Positions 52,032 to 64,000 of a stretch of 64,000 bases of DNA are shown here, one piece after another (the first letter of the stretch is position 1; every line of letters begins with the position of its first letter). The translations under genes were made by a program, and so were the position numbers. Below the pieces are notes generated by a model. It saw only the letters and a list, made by a program, of their open reading frames with translations. It did no database searches and was not told the origin of the DNA. Source of the DNA: Moniliella sp. 'wahieum' (lineage: Eukaryota); NCBI GenBank assembly GCA_003971905.1, contig RSEE01000050.1, positions 248,001 to 312,000 on the forward strand. The letters run 5' to 3'.

Positions 52032-52973
52032 ATGGCCGCGCGGGACGCCGACCCAGCCGGGTCTGGTAGCCGCCACGCTTCACCCCATCACCAAGCCAGC
52101 CAGCCGCTGCAGCAGCACATATTCATCGCCATCATCCACCTACTGGGCCCGCTGGTCTACATTTCCACCCTCCAACTGCTTGCGGGTCCTGCGGTTCCTC
52201 TCCGGGAATCATACGAACAGGCCATGGCTCGCGCCAAGCGGGAAGCCAAGAGCTTATGGCCGTGCTGAAGTGAACTAACGTTGTGTTGTCTAGTGACGCA
52301 ACTACTTCACGCAACGATGTACCCGTTTGTTGTATTTATCTCACCCCAGCCACAAACCCAGTCCCACCCTGGTGCACCAACTCGCATGGCCGTCTTGTCA
52401 CAGCACGAAGGGCTGGAAGTGCAAGGCTTGCCACTCTATTGGAGCATTCGTACTGTCTCGTTCCCAGGGTAGGGAGCTGCCTCCCTGCCTACAACGGAAG
52501 CAAAAGCAACGCGACCACATTGACGATTGTCCCTTCTCTCCTCGGAGGGGTGCCTGCTGTTGACCAGTGGCCCAGTTTGATCCTAGCAGGAAGGTGTACC
52601 TTGCATGGTGGCTTTGGGCCTCGACGAACGATGCGAAGTTTCAAAGAGTGTGGATCAAAGTGATCCTCAGGCCTCAAGCCTCAGACCATTGCGTCTCTGG
52701 TTCGTTCCGCCTCGAGGCATAGCACCGGGGTTCATCGCGTACGTACCCCCCCAGTCGGTACCAGTTGATGTGCTCTTTCTCGCTGTGGAACTGGATGCAC
52801 TGCCTCTCCTTCCCGTGAACGGGCCAGATGAAGAAAGAGTGGAGGAACCCCCGTGGCCTACGTACAATTTCCCCTTCATCTCAATCAGCGCCCATACCCC
52901 CTGTTTCTTCACCGGGACCCTTCAGCTTCAAGCTTCGAGCTTCAAGCTTCACCAGCTTCACCTTCGCCCCTGA
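52032..52973 (+). CDS. Possible hypothetical membrane protein
   Basis: ATG 52032, hydrophobic segment HIFIAIIHLLGPLVYISTLQLLAG, then successive + ORFs. No recognised domain. Confidence 0.3.
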
Positions 52974-53798
52974 TCGATGATCTGAGCGCCCTGAGCGCCC
53001 TGAGCGGGAGATGCTAGCACAGCCCTTCGGGTGCATCAGGCTTAGTAGCGCTGGACGTGCTCCCCATGATTAATGGGATAAGTTAACACAATCTAGTTGT
53101 TACGGGGCCGTTCCTGGGAACGTGGCGCAGCGCGACAGAATCAGGTACAGGACAGTGAATGTCCGTGTCATGGAACAGGGTCGCGAGCAACTGGCCATTT
53201 TCAGCCAAAAAATGCCTCTTGGCCGAATCGAACGACCGATCTTCTCATATACCAGGTTTACTAGTGAGATGCTTTACCACTGAGCCAAAGAGGCCTGGAT
53301 GTCCAGGCTATATTTTGACTCACTCAGTCTACGTTGAGCGGATAACGACTTGGAAACGCGTGCAAACAAAGCGTGTATTTGGTGTGGCCCAAGTCTTCGA
53401 GCATATCTGAAAGAGACAGGAGACAGGGCAGGGAGATGGAGATTGAGCAAACTGGAGGCGGTGCAGCCTGCCAAGGAAGAAACCCTTCCAGCTTCCGCCC
53501 CGATAATCAGCGAGCGCACGTCACCGGTGAGGTCACTGTTGAAGTTCAACGTTCAACCTGAGAGCCGTGCGGGGGAACCATAGCACTATTCTGCACATCC
53601 CCGTGGCGCATGCACGGCGCAATATGCATCGAGGATCGACTATCGATGATCGATGGCGCTCGCAAGGGCTCAGGCGCTCAGGCATGCTCGGGCGGGACGA
53701 GGCGCCTATTAGCATCCTGGGGCTACCGGTTACCGGTTACATTTTACCGGTTACCCGTTGCATGGTATTGTGCCTGGAGCAGCGATGATCGATCGATG
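52921..53798. repeat. Cluster of short palindromic arrays
   Basis: (AAGCTT+C) 52921-52960; (ATCGAT+G) 52971, 53641, 53783; TGAGCGCCC x3 at 52983; (ACCGGT+T) 53724-53757. Confidence 0.85.
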
Positions 53799-54723
53799 AA
53801 GGTGCTCGTTTGAAAGTTGTAATTGGCACGCGCTTCGTACAACGATCGGGTTCCAATGGCTATCTGTGGGCACAAGTTGTTGTGCCTGATACGTGAGCGG
53901 TGCCCCACCCGCTAAGCCATGCGACGGGCTTGGCGTGCACGATGCGGAGCTTGGCGTCCAGGATGCGGAGCACGGCGTGGATAAATTCAGCGCGACAGTA
54001 CTGAGTTACTGAGCAAGAGCCAGGTGCATGTACCGCCACCGCCACCGCCATCTCAACAGAAGAGACAGCTGCATGCTTTTGATGACGATATGATAATAGA
54101 GCGATCACACTGATCTCGTAGGTCTCTCAGTGAAGAAGAGAGAGAATGGACGCCGCGCGAGCACCCCTAAAACAACCCGATAGTCCATCGGGAAACAAAC
54201 GTCGCTCTCATTATAACGTTTCTGCTTACCCACACTCTCTCTTGACAGATGCGCTGACAGAGGCCACACAGGGCCGATGCGTTGAGAGTATTGATAGAGT
54301 GGCAAAATGGATGGCAGCACAGGCATTGCTGACAGGGATGATGATGATTGATGGAAGCAGGATGGTGTTACCGAGGAAGGAGTACGAGAGGGCAAGAGAG
54401 TTATTGTACTCCGCAGCACTGCTAATGTATACGTACTTTAGAGTACCCGCAAAAAGCACATAGTGATTCTAAACATTACCATCTTTTTTGCGGTACGCCA
54501 GACTACGCCACACCAAAACACAGAAGAAAGAAGGTACCCCAACCCCGGCCGAGGGTCTCATCGTCTTGAACAGAAGTGTGTGTGGCATGCGAGCCTATAT
54601 ATAGAGAGAGAACGTACCGAAGCACTTGCCCAATTCCCTGTCTCCCTCTATCACCCCCACACCATTTCACTCACTTTATAGCACACCGCATTCCCTGCCC
54701 ACCTCCCCCCCAGTACTTTTTCA

Positions 54724-55610
54724 ATGTCCAAGGAAAAGGTCGCCAACTTTCTCCCCGTCGCCATTCCTCAGCAATGCGCGCGTTGTATGGACCCCAAGTG
54801 GGCGTACGGCTACCCGATGGTTTACTCCTCCGCCCTCGCGCTGCACGACGTGGACGAAGTCGCGTTTCATGACTTTCTTGAGCACCTCAACAGGGCCACG
54901 CTCGGGTCCCAATTTCTGGAAATGGTTGAAGTTGCGGGGGCCGTAGTCAGCCTCGTGCCCATCGAGCTGGTGCAACTGGTAGGTGCGTCCATGGCTCTGT
55001 CGGCCATTATGCTTCGTTCGGCCAAAAGCAAAGTGAGCACCCACTTTTACCTCAAACGCATCAACCAAACGTTGTTTTACCCTCGCGGATTGAAGGCCAC
55101 GATTCTTTCGACCAAAAAACTCCTTCTCCTCCTCCAACAGCAGGGGGGAACCCAAGCGGCACCGGATAAAGACTCGCTTTTCCTTCGTCTCCCAGATTCA
55201 CCTCCACTTGAGTCGGTATCGTTCGAAAGTGACCCAAGAGAGCCGATTTTCGAAGGCCGTTGTTCCGCGCTCGGAGGCAAAGTTGCGCCCCTCGAGTACT
55301 TCCCCAATGCTGAAGCAATGGGGCAAAGGCGCGGGGTTTTCAAGGAGTGGAACCAGCGGAGGGCGAATACGCGTGTCAAAGAAGAAGACGAGGCACGCGA
55401 GAAGGAGTGGAAGGCGGCTGTCAAGCGCAAGGCGATTCTTGACAAGGCCATCAGCGAGACTGCAACCAAGGGGAAGCGTCCTCTTGGCTTCACCCTCGCC
55501 GCTCGGTTCCGAGGCAACAGCGTAAGACCCAGAAAGCGCTGGACTGGTGTTTCCGCCAAGACCAGAAGGCTGCTCAGAGAATTGGCTGGATCGTTGTGAC
55601 GGAACGGTAA
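54724..55610 (+). CDS. Uncharacterised fungal protein
   Basis: 291-aa ORF with PVAIPQ..AFHDFLEHLNRA..AGAVVSLVP..YLKRINQTLFYPRGL, resembling an uncharacterised fungal family. A final indel gives ..AQRIGWIVVTER*. TATATA at ~54597. Confidence 0.7.
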
Positions 55611-55673
55611 ATGCGGTATAGTGGCTGTCGTTTTGGTTGGCTGCTCTCGCTTCCTTTTCAAACCTTCTCTCTA

Positions 55674-55720
55674 TCTTTCGAGCGTCTTTCGAGCGTCTTT
55701 CGAGCGTCTTTCGAGCGTCT
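55674..55720 (+). repeat. 11-bp tandem repeat x4 (TCTTTCGAGCG)
   Basis: Perfect copies just 3' of the CDS. Confidence 0.95.
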
Positions 55721-56752
55721 CTTTCTTTGTGCCTGTTCTGTTCGTCCGCTTGTGGTTCCATTTCGATTACCCTTTACTGCTTCCTCTTCCTCGCGATGAA
55801 CGACGGTTACTTCCCTCCATTTCTCTCGACTGAGGTCTCCTTCACCTTATCCCTCGACCTGCAACAGTGAATGCCAGTTGTGATTGTTTGCGACCGCTTG
55901 AGGATGGAAATATCCTCGAGATGATGCTACGAACCCAACCCTTGTGATGACTGCCACTTTCGTCTCCTTTGTGACTCAATCTCCTTCGGGTGGGTCATGA
56001 TTACTGCCCCAGAAATGCGACGCAGTGAGGGGGATTCCTCTCTGTGTTGGTTCTGGGTTACAGTCTCACCTTCTCCCCCTACTACACACCAACTACCCAC
56101 TTCTCGTTTCAACCACAGTGACGTTGACGACTGCTGTGCCTCCATCTTGGCTGACCATCGCCTCCTACTACGGGCCAGTGAACCTACATGGATGGTTGCA
56201 CGGTGCACGTAACGAATGAACGAACGAACGGACGAACGAGTGGCGTACGCCACAACCTCGGCAGGACTCCCGGAGCATGTATGCATGGATCTATAGACTT
56301 GTCAACCCGCACAGCGACAGGGCAAGCTTCAGCTGGACACGGTCGACCACGCTGGGGTTGGAACAGAGAAATCGTTCAGGCTTCCCTCCTCGCGAGGAGA
56401 GAGAGAGAGAGACAGCAAACCGAGAGGGGGGTAAAGAGCGTCCAGCAAAGCAGAAAGTGAAAGTCCAGAGTTATATAGTAGAGCGGGGGGCGGGGCGGGG
56501 GAACAGGAAAGGGGGGAAAGGGAGGAAAAGAGGGACAGGGGGCGGTCAACGTTCCAGCTGCCATCAACGTGAACCTTACCCCACGCGAGAGGCATGGGGC
56601 AACTTGGCCCCCCAGGTGGACCAAGCATCAAAGTCCAACGATTGGGGTAGGCCGTCGAGAAAGGTAGGATCGACAGCGGGGAAAGCAGGAGCGCCAGCAG
56701 ACGCTCCGCTTCGCCCTGGCGAAGGGGGTGACGGGTTGCTCTCGCCTGCCCA

Positions 56753-59700
56753 CTAGGGCCTGGTAAGGCCCACGCCGTCGGGCCAGGCGAGCCGGCTGGA
56801 GCCTCAAACACAAATGTGGTAGGCGTCGACCAGATCAGGTCGTTTAGTCTCGGATTCAGGTTGGGCGCGCTGCCTACCACAACGGGAGGCGCAGAGGGAT
56901 GCGGACTGGCCAGCGAGGAGATGGGGGCTGAGCAGCAGCGCCGAATCCAGAGCTGGGGGGGCACGGGAACGTGGTGACCACCTTGGCCCCCGGTACCGGG
57001 CTCGAACCTAACGGGCTTGCCATCATAGGCGCTCCCCACCGGCCGCGAAGGCGACCGAAGCGGGTGCATCCGTCGCCCGCCCTGTGCGAGGATATGAAGG
57101 AGCGAAGCCGACGTGATGGGCCACTTACTTGCCTTCGGGTTGCAAACGTCCTGCGAAGGGGTGCGATGTGCGCGAAGCGGACTTGCTGCAGATCCGGATC
57201 GGTCGCTCCGCGTCCACATTCGCACCGGCATCCGCATCCGCATCCGCATCCGAGCGCTTGCGTTTCAATTCGCCTTTGGCTTTCTCGGTGCTCTGAATTA
57301 CTGTTCCACCAGGCAAGTCCTTGGCCACCAACATGTCGGCATCCGCAACGAACACCCCGCCCCCGGGCAGGGTGGGATCGGGGCGGAACTTGAGCGAAGC
57401 CACCATTTCCACCGTCTTGCGGTTGCTCACTCCAGCTGTGGGATTCAGCACTCCGTCCCAGAGAGAGGCACGACGCGGACCCTTGGCAGGAGCGTCGGAA
57501 GGATAAGCACCCTGAGCTGCATCGAGAAGAATCTTGAGCACCGCCCCACACTTGCTGCGCCAGGAAGCGTCCGTGGAAGAGATGGCCTCCACATGTTCCT
57601 GCACCTCCTGCGAGGACGCAGCTGGCGTGGTCTTTGGCGAAACTCCACTCTTCTTGCGAACGTGCATTGACGGGGTCCGCCGACGCATACACCTTCTCAA
57701 TCGTTCGGAGCTTTTCCAGGGCCACTGGTCCTTCCTTCGCACATACGCGTGGTAGAGCAGGGTGGCACACGAGACGATGCAGTACGAGATGCAGGACAAG
57801 GTGTCGCAATAGAATGGGTGGGCGGCAGCCCAGTCGCAGGCGCTCTTGCACGCCGTGAGCATCGCCGTCATTCGCTCGATCGTGATGGAGAAGCGAAGAT
57901 GAGTGGGACAGACATACGAGATGCGCATAAAGACACGGAAGAAGAGAACCAAGAGACAGGCATAGCTCACTTGCAAGATTCCGGCCCGGGGTTGGCCGTC
58001 GTATCAGTGTATTTCAACTGAGGCGGCAGCGCATCATGCCATGCGTCAATGTCAGCCAGCAGACCTTCGATCTGAGCATCGGTAGCATTCATCAGCCCCG
58101 TGGGGGAGTAGATCGTTTTCAGCACCCTGCCCAGCAAAATGCTCAACTTGACCATCTCAGTGTTAAACGCAAACACCTGTGTCTCCCCTGTCACGGCGGT
58201 TGAGCCAGGAAGGGGCATGTCGGAACCGGGCTTGCTACGTACCACCTCGACGGGCGAGGGGAGCCGGACATCGCAGTCGGTCAAATCGATAGAAAGCGGG
58301 CGGCCGGCGTACAAAGACGCCCATCGATCCGCGACACACAAGCACCCCAGATCCGCCGGCGTTGTTCGATATGATACGCATCAGGCGTGCTGCCATTGGC
58401 GCGGGAGATGGACTCACGGTGGAAACCGAGATCTTGGGCCATCCGAATCCCCAGCCCGGTCCGATTCCAGTGGCGCGAGGGCGCTTGGAGGAAGGAACCA
58501 TGAACATCGTGGTGCAAGGACATGATCAAAAGGGAGCGAATGGTGGTCGTGTGGGAGCGGGAAAGCATCGCGCCGTCTTTGAAAAGGGTGGCCACTTCCC
58601 CTCGCAACACAGCCCGCACCTCCGACGGCACTTCCCGGCTCTGCGCAGCAACAAACAGATAGAGTAGAGCAACGCCGGTGGGGTCGGGGTGGTATAGACA
58701 AACTCACTCTTGGTGACCACCGGAAAGAGAGTGCCCAATTCAGCAAAGTACGAATTGGTCAGTTTCTCGGCCACATCGCCAGCCAGCTGGCGACGGGCCA
58801 TGTCCGCTTCCAACTTGATGGAAGCCGGCGCGCCCACGGGCAAGTCATCCCCATCCGAATCGCTCTCGGCCACCGCGCTCCGGCCTCTGGGTGGCTTGTG
58901 GAATTTGATGACTCCATCTCCATTGGCACCCACCTCAAAGGTCTGATGAGCCTGGCGGTCGTGCTCCTCAATCGCACCTGTCGGCACAAAGGGCGTGGAA
59001 TGCACGAGATAAGCGATGGAGGTGGGCCCCAGGACAGTAGCGTCGACAGCAGCCACACCCGACTCGGCACTGCCACGAAGGCCAGAGGTCGATGGCGGGC
59101 GAAGACCTTCGTCGTCGACTGAGTCTTCCGGACTCGGCTTTTCCGGCGGCAAGAGAGAGCCTTCGCCGAGGAGGGACCTGCCACAGCAGCATACGTGCCG
59201 GATGTGTCACCGTCTGCCTCCTTCTTCTTTTTGAACCGCGTCTCGGAAATGGGCAGAACGAAGGAGCATTCTAAGGCAGACTCATGGTTAGCAAGCGATG
59301 ACAGCAACAGAGTAAAATGACGCACCTAGGCCGTAAGTGCGACAATGGACACACATCTTGAGGGGCTCGATGATGTCGCAGCGGATGCGCTTGCGGCGGC
59401 AGCAGTCGCACGCACGCTGCGTCTTTTGTCGCTTACTTGCCGGGGAGGGATGGGGACACCGCCGACAGTGGTGGGTGCAGATATAGCGGCAGCAGACGTG
59501 GGTGCTCCGGACGAGGCTGGCAGGCCGGCGGGGGCGCTGGCCTGCGGAGCAAGGTGGCGCTGGTGGGCATAGGCAAAGGCCTGCTCCTCGTGGGGAGAGG
59601 GGGCGGTGGGAGGTAGGACAGGGAGGCGCGGGCAGAGGGCGGGGCGTAGCGGGGACGCTTGTGGGGCGGTGGCGGGTAGAAGTAGGGTCGTACTCGTACC

Positions 59701-59988
59701 CGTACTCGTACTCGTACGCGTCTTGGGGGGCAGCCCCGTCTTCGGGGGCGGTAGGTGGGGCGGGCATGGCGTAGGCGCCGTAGGCGCCGTATGCGGGCAA
59801 GTCGGGCGGGGGGCGGGGCGGGAGGGCGGAGTAGCCGCTGCTGGAGGGGCGGCGTGCGGGTGGGCGGAGGGGAGGGGCATGGCGGCCAGCGCGGTCGGCA
59901 GCGGCGGGAGCGTGCTGGGCGTGGACGCAGCCGCGGCCGGGGCGGCGTGGCCGAGGGCGACGGACGAGCGGGGGCGCGGGGCAGACAT
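56753..59988 (-). CDS. Zn(II)2Cys6 fungal transcription factor with fungal-specific TF middle domain
   Basis: RACDCCRRKRIRCD..CVHCRTYGL|ECSF (intron ~59273-59326). YFAELGTLFPVV, GIRMAQDLGFHRE, EQRRRIW, ADRWASLYAGRPLSID, KLSILLGRVLKTIYSP. Ends approximate. Confidence 0.9.
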
Positions 59989-60450
59989 GCGGGTGGGCAC
60001 TGTGGGCACGGCACGCGCAGCAACGCGAGCAGCCCAGGCGAAGCAACGGCAGGCAGCGGCGAGCAGGCGGAGGCAGGAGAGGAGGAGACGGGAGGCGCGA
60101 GCAGCCGTCTGCCGGTGCTGCCGGCTGCCTGTGCGGCGCCCGGCGCGGGTGTGCGCTGTGTGGTGTCCTGCCCGGCCGCGCTGACGGGCCGAGGTGTCTG
60201 GGCACTGCAGTAGGCAGCAGTGCTCATGCAGGCCGCAGCAAGCCGCAGCGCCATGCTGTGTGCTGCTCTGTGCGGCTCTGTGCTGCTGCGTGCTGCTCTG
60301 TGCGGCTCTGCGCTGCCATGCTCCCTGCCCGCTCCGGCACGCTTGCTCGCCGCGCCGGCACGCCCACTGCTGCTCTGCCGCCCCCTGCCGCCGCCGCCGC
60401 CCCCTTGCCGCTGTGCCGCTCTCCCCGCCCCATCGCCATCTCACCAGCAT

Positions 60451-61090
60451 TCACCGGTCACGCTCGGGTCACCGGTCACTGGCCGCCCGCCTCCATCTGC
60501 GGGTCCGGCCGCGCTCATGCGTCCGGCCGTTGTTCCGGCGCTCCCCCACGTCACAAATCGCACACGCCACATGTCACTCCGGCCTCACCGGTCGCCACCG
60601 CCCACCAGGCACCACGCCTCTCGCGTTGCCGGCGTCACCGGTCACCGATCAACGGCCACCCGGGACCACCCCCCTGGGTCGTGGGATGCAGCACGGCGGG
60701 GCACATCCCGCATCCCGCTTCCCGCATCATGCATCATGCATCATGCCATGCATCATGCATCATGCATCATGACTCGTACTCGTACCATCTCGAGCGTGCG
60801 AACTGGTGCGCTGGTGCGCGGAGGCTGCGGCGCGAAAAATGCTTGCTGTGTGGTGCGTGGGGTGACAAGTTTCGGACACTCAGGCACTGCCAGCCCAGGC
60901 CAGCATCCAGGCCCCCGCCCAGGACGCGATCATCCATAGCGACCATACTTCTCATGCATCCCAGCGCTCGCGCTCATCGATCATCGATCATCTCGATCAT
61001 CAACCGTCCTGTACTACGAATGGGTCCATGCCTATGGGACAGCTCGCTGGTTCGCCAATGAGATCGATGATCGATGATCGATCTGATCTC
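60451..61090. repeat. Cluster of heptamer arrays upstream of the Zn2Cys6 gene
   Basis: (ACCGGT+C) 60451-60480 and 60635; (ATGCAT+C) about 6 copies 60724-60771; (ATCGAT+C) 60975-61001; (ATCGAT+G) 61059-61090. Confidence 0.9.
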
Positions 61091-62779
61091 TCATGCATCC
61101 TACCTCGGCCTCATGCATCCTGGCCTCATATTCATGCCGATCGCACTCATCGTGTTGCCTCTTTTACTGGTCTACTGCCGCTCCAGTTGCCGAGGAATGG
61201 CCAAACCCAGCGCCTGAGGCTGGCTGTGGGCGCCTGAGTACTGGGCGAGAGCCGAATGGGGGTTTGGCGTACTGGGCTGGGCGAGGTGCTCTGTGCAACG
61301 TGTATATCTCGGGTAGCTGTGTAGGCTTGTGCACTAGCCCCATGCCAAGCAGCCAAGGCTGCTCGCAGCCGCGCCTGATTATGATTTGAAGCTTGGCATT
61401 TGAGTGCCTCCTGCCGCCACAGAGGCCGCGCGCAGCGACTGGGTGCTCAGACAGCCAGACGAGCGGGCAGAGCCAGCAGAGCTCCCCCCTTGCATTCATC
61501 CACCTAGTTCGCACCACAACAGCGTGGCATAAGTGCGACAGGGCGTTACATACTATGGGGCGCCACATAGGATGAGTGTGACATTTGCCGACACTTACTT
61601 TCCTCCCCTGAGATCGATGAGAGCCTGAGGCCTCTGGACCTCAGGCCAGCATCCGCAGGTCGCTCCCGCCCATTGAGTTGCATGCAGTGCTTGTCTGTCC
61701 CAAGTCCGGCCTCCACTAGCCACTCCAGCACCCCTGCCCGCCGGGACCAAGTGGCCACTGTAAAAAAACGCTCCGACCGCGACGAAACAGCTAGGGAACT
61801 CATCGATATCACCAGCACGGAGATGATCGATGACCAGTGATCGGTGCACGAATTGTAGCGAGTGGAAAAGCGGTGTCGGCCATAGAGGGTAGGACGGAGA
61901 CACAAGAGCACGAAGGAAGGTGCAGTCTAACGAGGACACGACTGTCACACAGCATCATTTATCACCGCTATGAGCATGTCGGCGCCGCAAAGGATTTGTT
62001 AGGGAAGATATCACCTCCACGTCGCCAACTCCCCCTCCTCCACACCAGAAAGCTTGTCTAAACAAGAGCAAGGTGGAGAAATAGAGATCGGTCAGCCGGC
62101 ACAGCTACGGAGCATGTTAAGAAAGAAAAGAGTCGTCACTATAATGGTGGCAGAACCCACACCATCAAATACGACGCCAAATGAAAACCCGAAGGAGAGG
62201 GGCAGCAGTACGGTCGGCGATGATCATGCAGCGCATCAGGCCTCCCTGTGAGGCCTCCTCAGCCTCAGGCCTCAGGGTGCTACGAGCAGAGAGATGAAAA
62301 TAACACGAACGCTTGCTTACCGAGCTCACTCGGTACTCAATCAGATCGTCAGTTCGATTGTGCCATACCAGGTCATACCATGTATTTATACACTCCGTGG
62401 ATGGGCTCAGAAACGGGGGGATTCGAGGACCATGTGTGTTGCTCAGTCCGAGCCTTGTCATACATCATGTTTCAACTGTAATGCGTAACGGAACGGATCA
62501 TGCAGTACCCCAGCGTACGGGCGCTTCAAGCTTCAAGCTTCAAACTTCAGCGGTTATGCGAAGAGCGGCCACGGTTGGGGAAGCTTTATGATAAAGCAGT
62601 ATCGGGGGGGCTCTCGGGGCTTGAACAACTAATAGTACCTAGTAACAAAACTTACTCCCGAGGAAAGGATCAAAAACGATAAGGCAAATCCATGCGCCCA
62701 GGCAAAGCGGTGAGCGAGAGAGAGGACGGGCCTTTGGGGGCCAAGCGCCAAGCGCAAAGAAACAATTAGTACAGTCCTT

Positions 62780-63520
62780 TTGATATTCTTCTTTGTGTGA
62801 TAGTAGATCGAACACGACGGAAGAGGCTACCTTCGAGACGTCTTAGTAGTTTTTCTGAAGATCAGTCCATTTAGTGAGCATTTCTTAGCCCATGTAGAGC
62901 GGGAAAGAGGGAAGGTGTTACGGGGCGCTCCGGTTATCTCCGGACGCTGAGCCCCGCATGTCGTAGACATCTCAGCCCAACATGCGTCAGTCCGGTTAGA
63001 CTAGCGAGAGAGAGCCAGTTGACATGTGACATGTGACACCTTATCCTTGCTGCGGATATCATCCGCGGCCCGTCATGGTCGCATGGGCTTATCGGTACGA
63101 TGCTTTGTGCCTATTGCGCCCAGTCTTGTCAGAACCCTTCCTGCTGCGCCCGACTACGCAGCGTCAGCGCCTTGGGAAGCAAGGGCTGTGTATTAGTCTT
63201 TTCCTTTCTGGGAAGTGCCCCGCATTCTGTCTATACCTGTCATGAGGCACTTGTGGCCTGGTTCCTTCTGCTGAATATAAGCAGCCATGTCTAAGGCTTG
63301 CTAGCTGTGGTCCTTGTCGACCGTCCTGTCTATTACCGTTGGTCTCCCCGACTACCAGTTCCTCTCTCGCCCTTCCACCTTCTACCACCCTTACGCTTAC
63401 GAATTTACGACTTACGTCGAGTGCACTGCAGGCCGCGGTTACTCTCACCAGTAGCGCTTGCTCTTCTTTAGGACTCTGTCTGTTCCCGCCAGCTACAGCG
63501 TACCAAGTGTGGTAACGCTG
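62780..63520 (+). mobile_element. Probable degenerate LTR retrotransposon 3' end (chromodomain relic, PPT, LTR)
   Basis: Purine tract AGAGCGGGAAAGAGGGAAGG directly abuts TGTTACGG at 62916. Stop-riddled FFV**..NTTEEATFE upstream. TATAAG at ~63276. Right end of the LTR not determined. Confidence 0.5.
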
Positions 63521-64000
63521 TGAGGAACAGAGTAATTCCGGAGCTCCTGGACCCCTTCAGCTGGTCTAACGACCTACGTGCACGGCTCCTACCTCGGAGG
63601 GTCTGGACTGCGATATTTGCACGCAGGCAGCCACCCAAACTAGAAGGTCTCTCCCTAGCCTCTACACCCGCTCGGTTCAACCAGGATCTGGAGCAGGACC
63701 TAACGTACGAGCACCGAATGATCTGTCCAAGGGTTTATACCCCTAAACTACAGGGGGGGTCCCATCTCGGGACCCCCCCCATGACAGAAGGGGACGATCT
63801 GATAGTCGCGAACATGCAGCCATTGTAGCTACCCTCTATGCCAGCGAAGGCGAGAGTGTGTATTTTGGATTGGGGGGAAGGTGCGGCATTACATGCCCAT
63901 CCCCTTTATATAAAACACAGAGGACGTTCTGACGCTCTGACCTAATAGCACATGAAGCCCAGCCATCCCCCGATACAGCGGATTATGCACATGGGTGTGA

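Noticed and set aside
53098..53108. TGTTACGGGGC identical to 62916-62926 (possible paired LTRs)
   Set aside because: Similarity stops after 11 bp, which is expected by chance in 64 kb, and the intervening DNA holds ordinary genes.
63520..63950. Phosphotransferase (APH)-like relic GDDLIVANM..VCILDWG
   Set aside because: Catalytic HxDL motif not matched and interrupted by stops; too weak to call.

Overview
Eukaryotic, gene-dense, GC-rich fungal DNA with few short GT..AG introns (GTACGT/GTAAGT/GTATGT donors, CTRAC branch points). It is a basidiomycete, probably Ustilaginomycotina (inferred from intron poverty and a Don1-type GEF). About 20 conserved genes are recognisable: a lysophospholipid acyltransferase, HRD3/SEL1, an ADY2-family transporter, DBP5, a DH-PH-FYVE GEF, aspartate kinase, a GPI-anchored alpha/beta hydrolase, an IGHMBP2-like helicase, an NmrA-like reductase, proteasome beta6, a CHD1 C-terminal-only gene, TRM2, LCL2, SWI3/RSC8, MAP2 and a Zn2Cys6 factor, plus several hypotheticals. 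Almost every gene is broken by small indels, most likely uncorrected long-read errors, so coordinates are approximate and genes are not called pseudogenes. Most notable: (1) intergenic DNA carries many sequence-diverse 7-bp tandem arrays sharing one grammar (6-bp A....T palindrome plus one spacer base, TCA/TGA junctions); (2) a stand-alone CHD1 C-terminal gene with no chromodomains or ATPase; (3) a spliced two-domain metallothionein-like gene not represented in the ORF track; (4) a 7-nt microexon; (5) UPRE-like motifs before two ERAD genes; (6) a probable decayed LTR-retrotransposon 3' end at the right edge.
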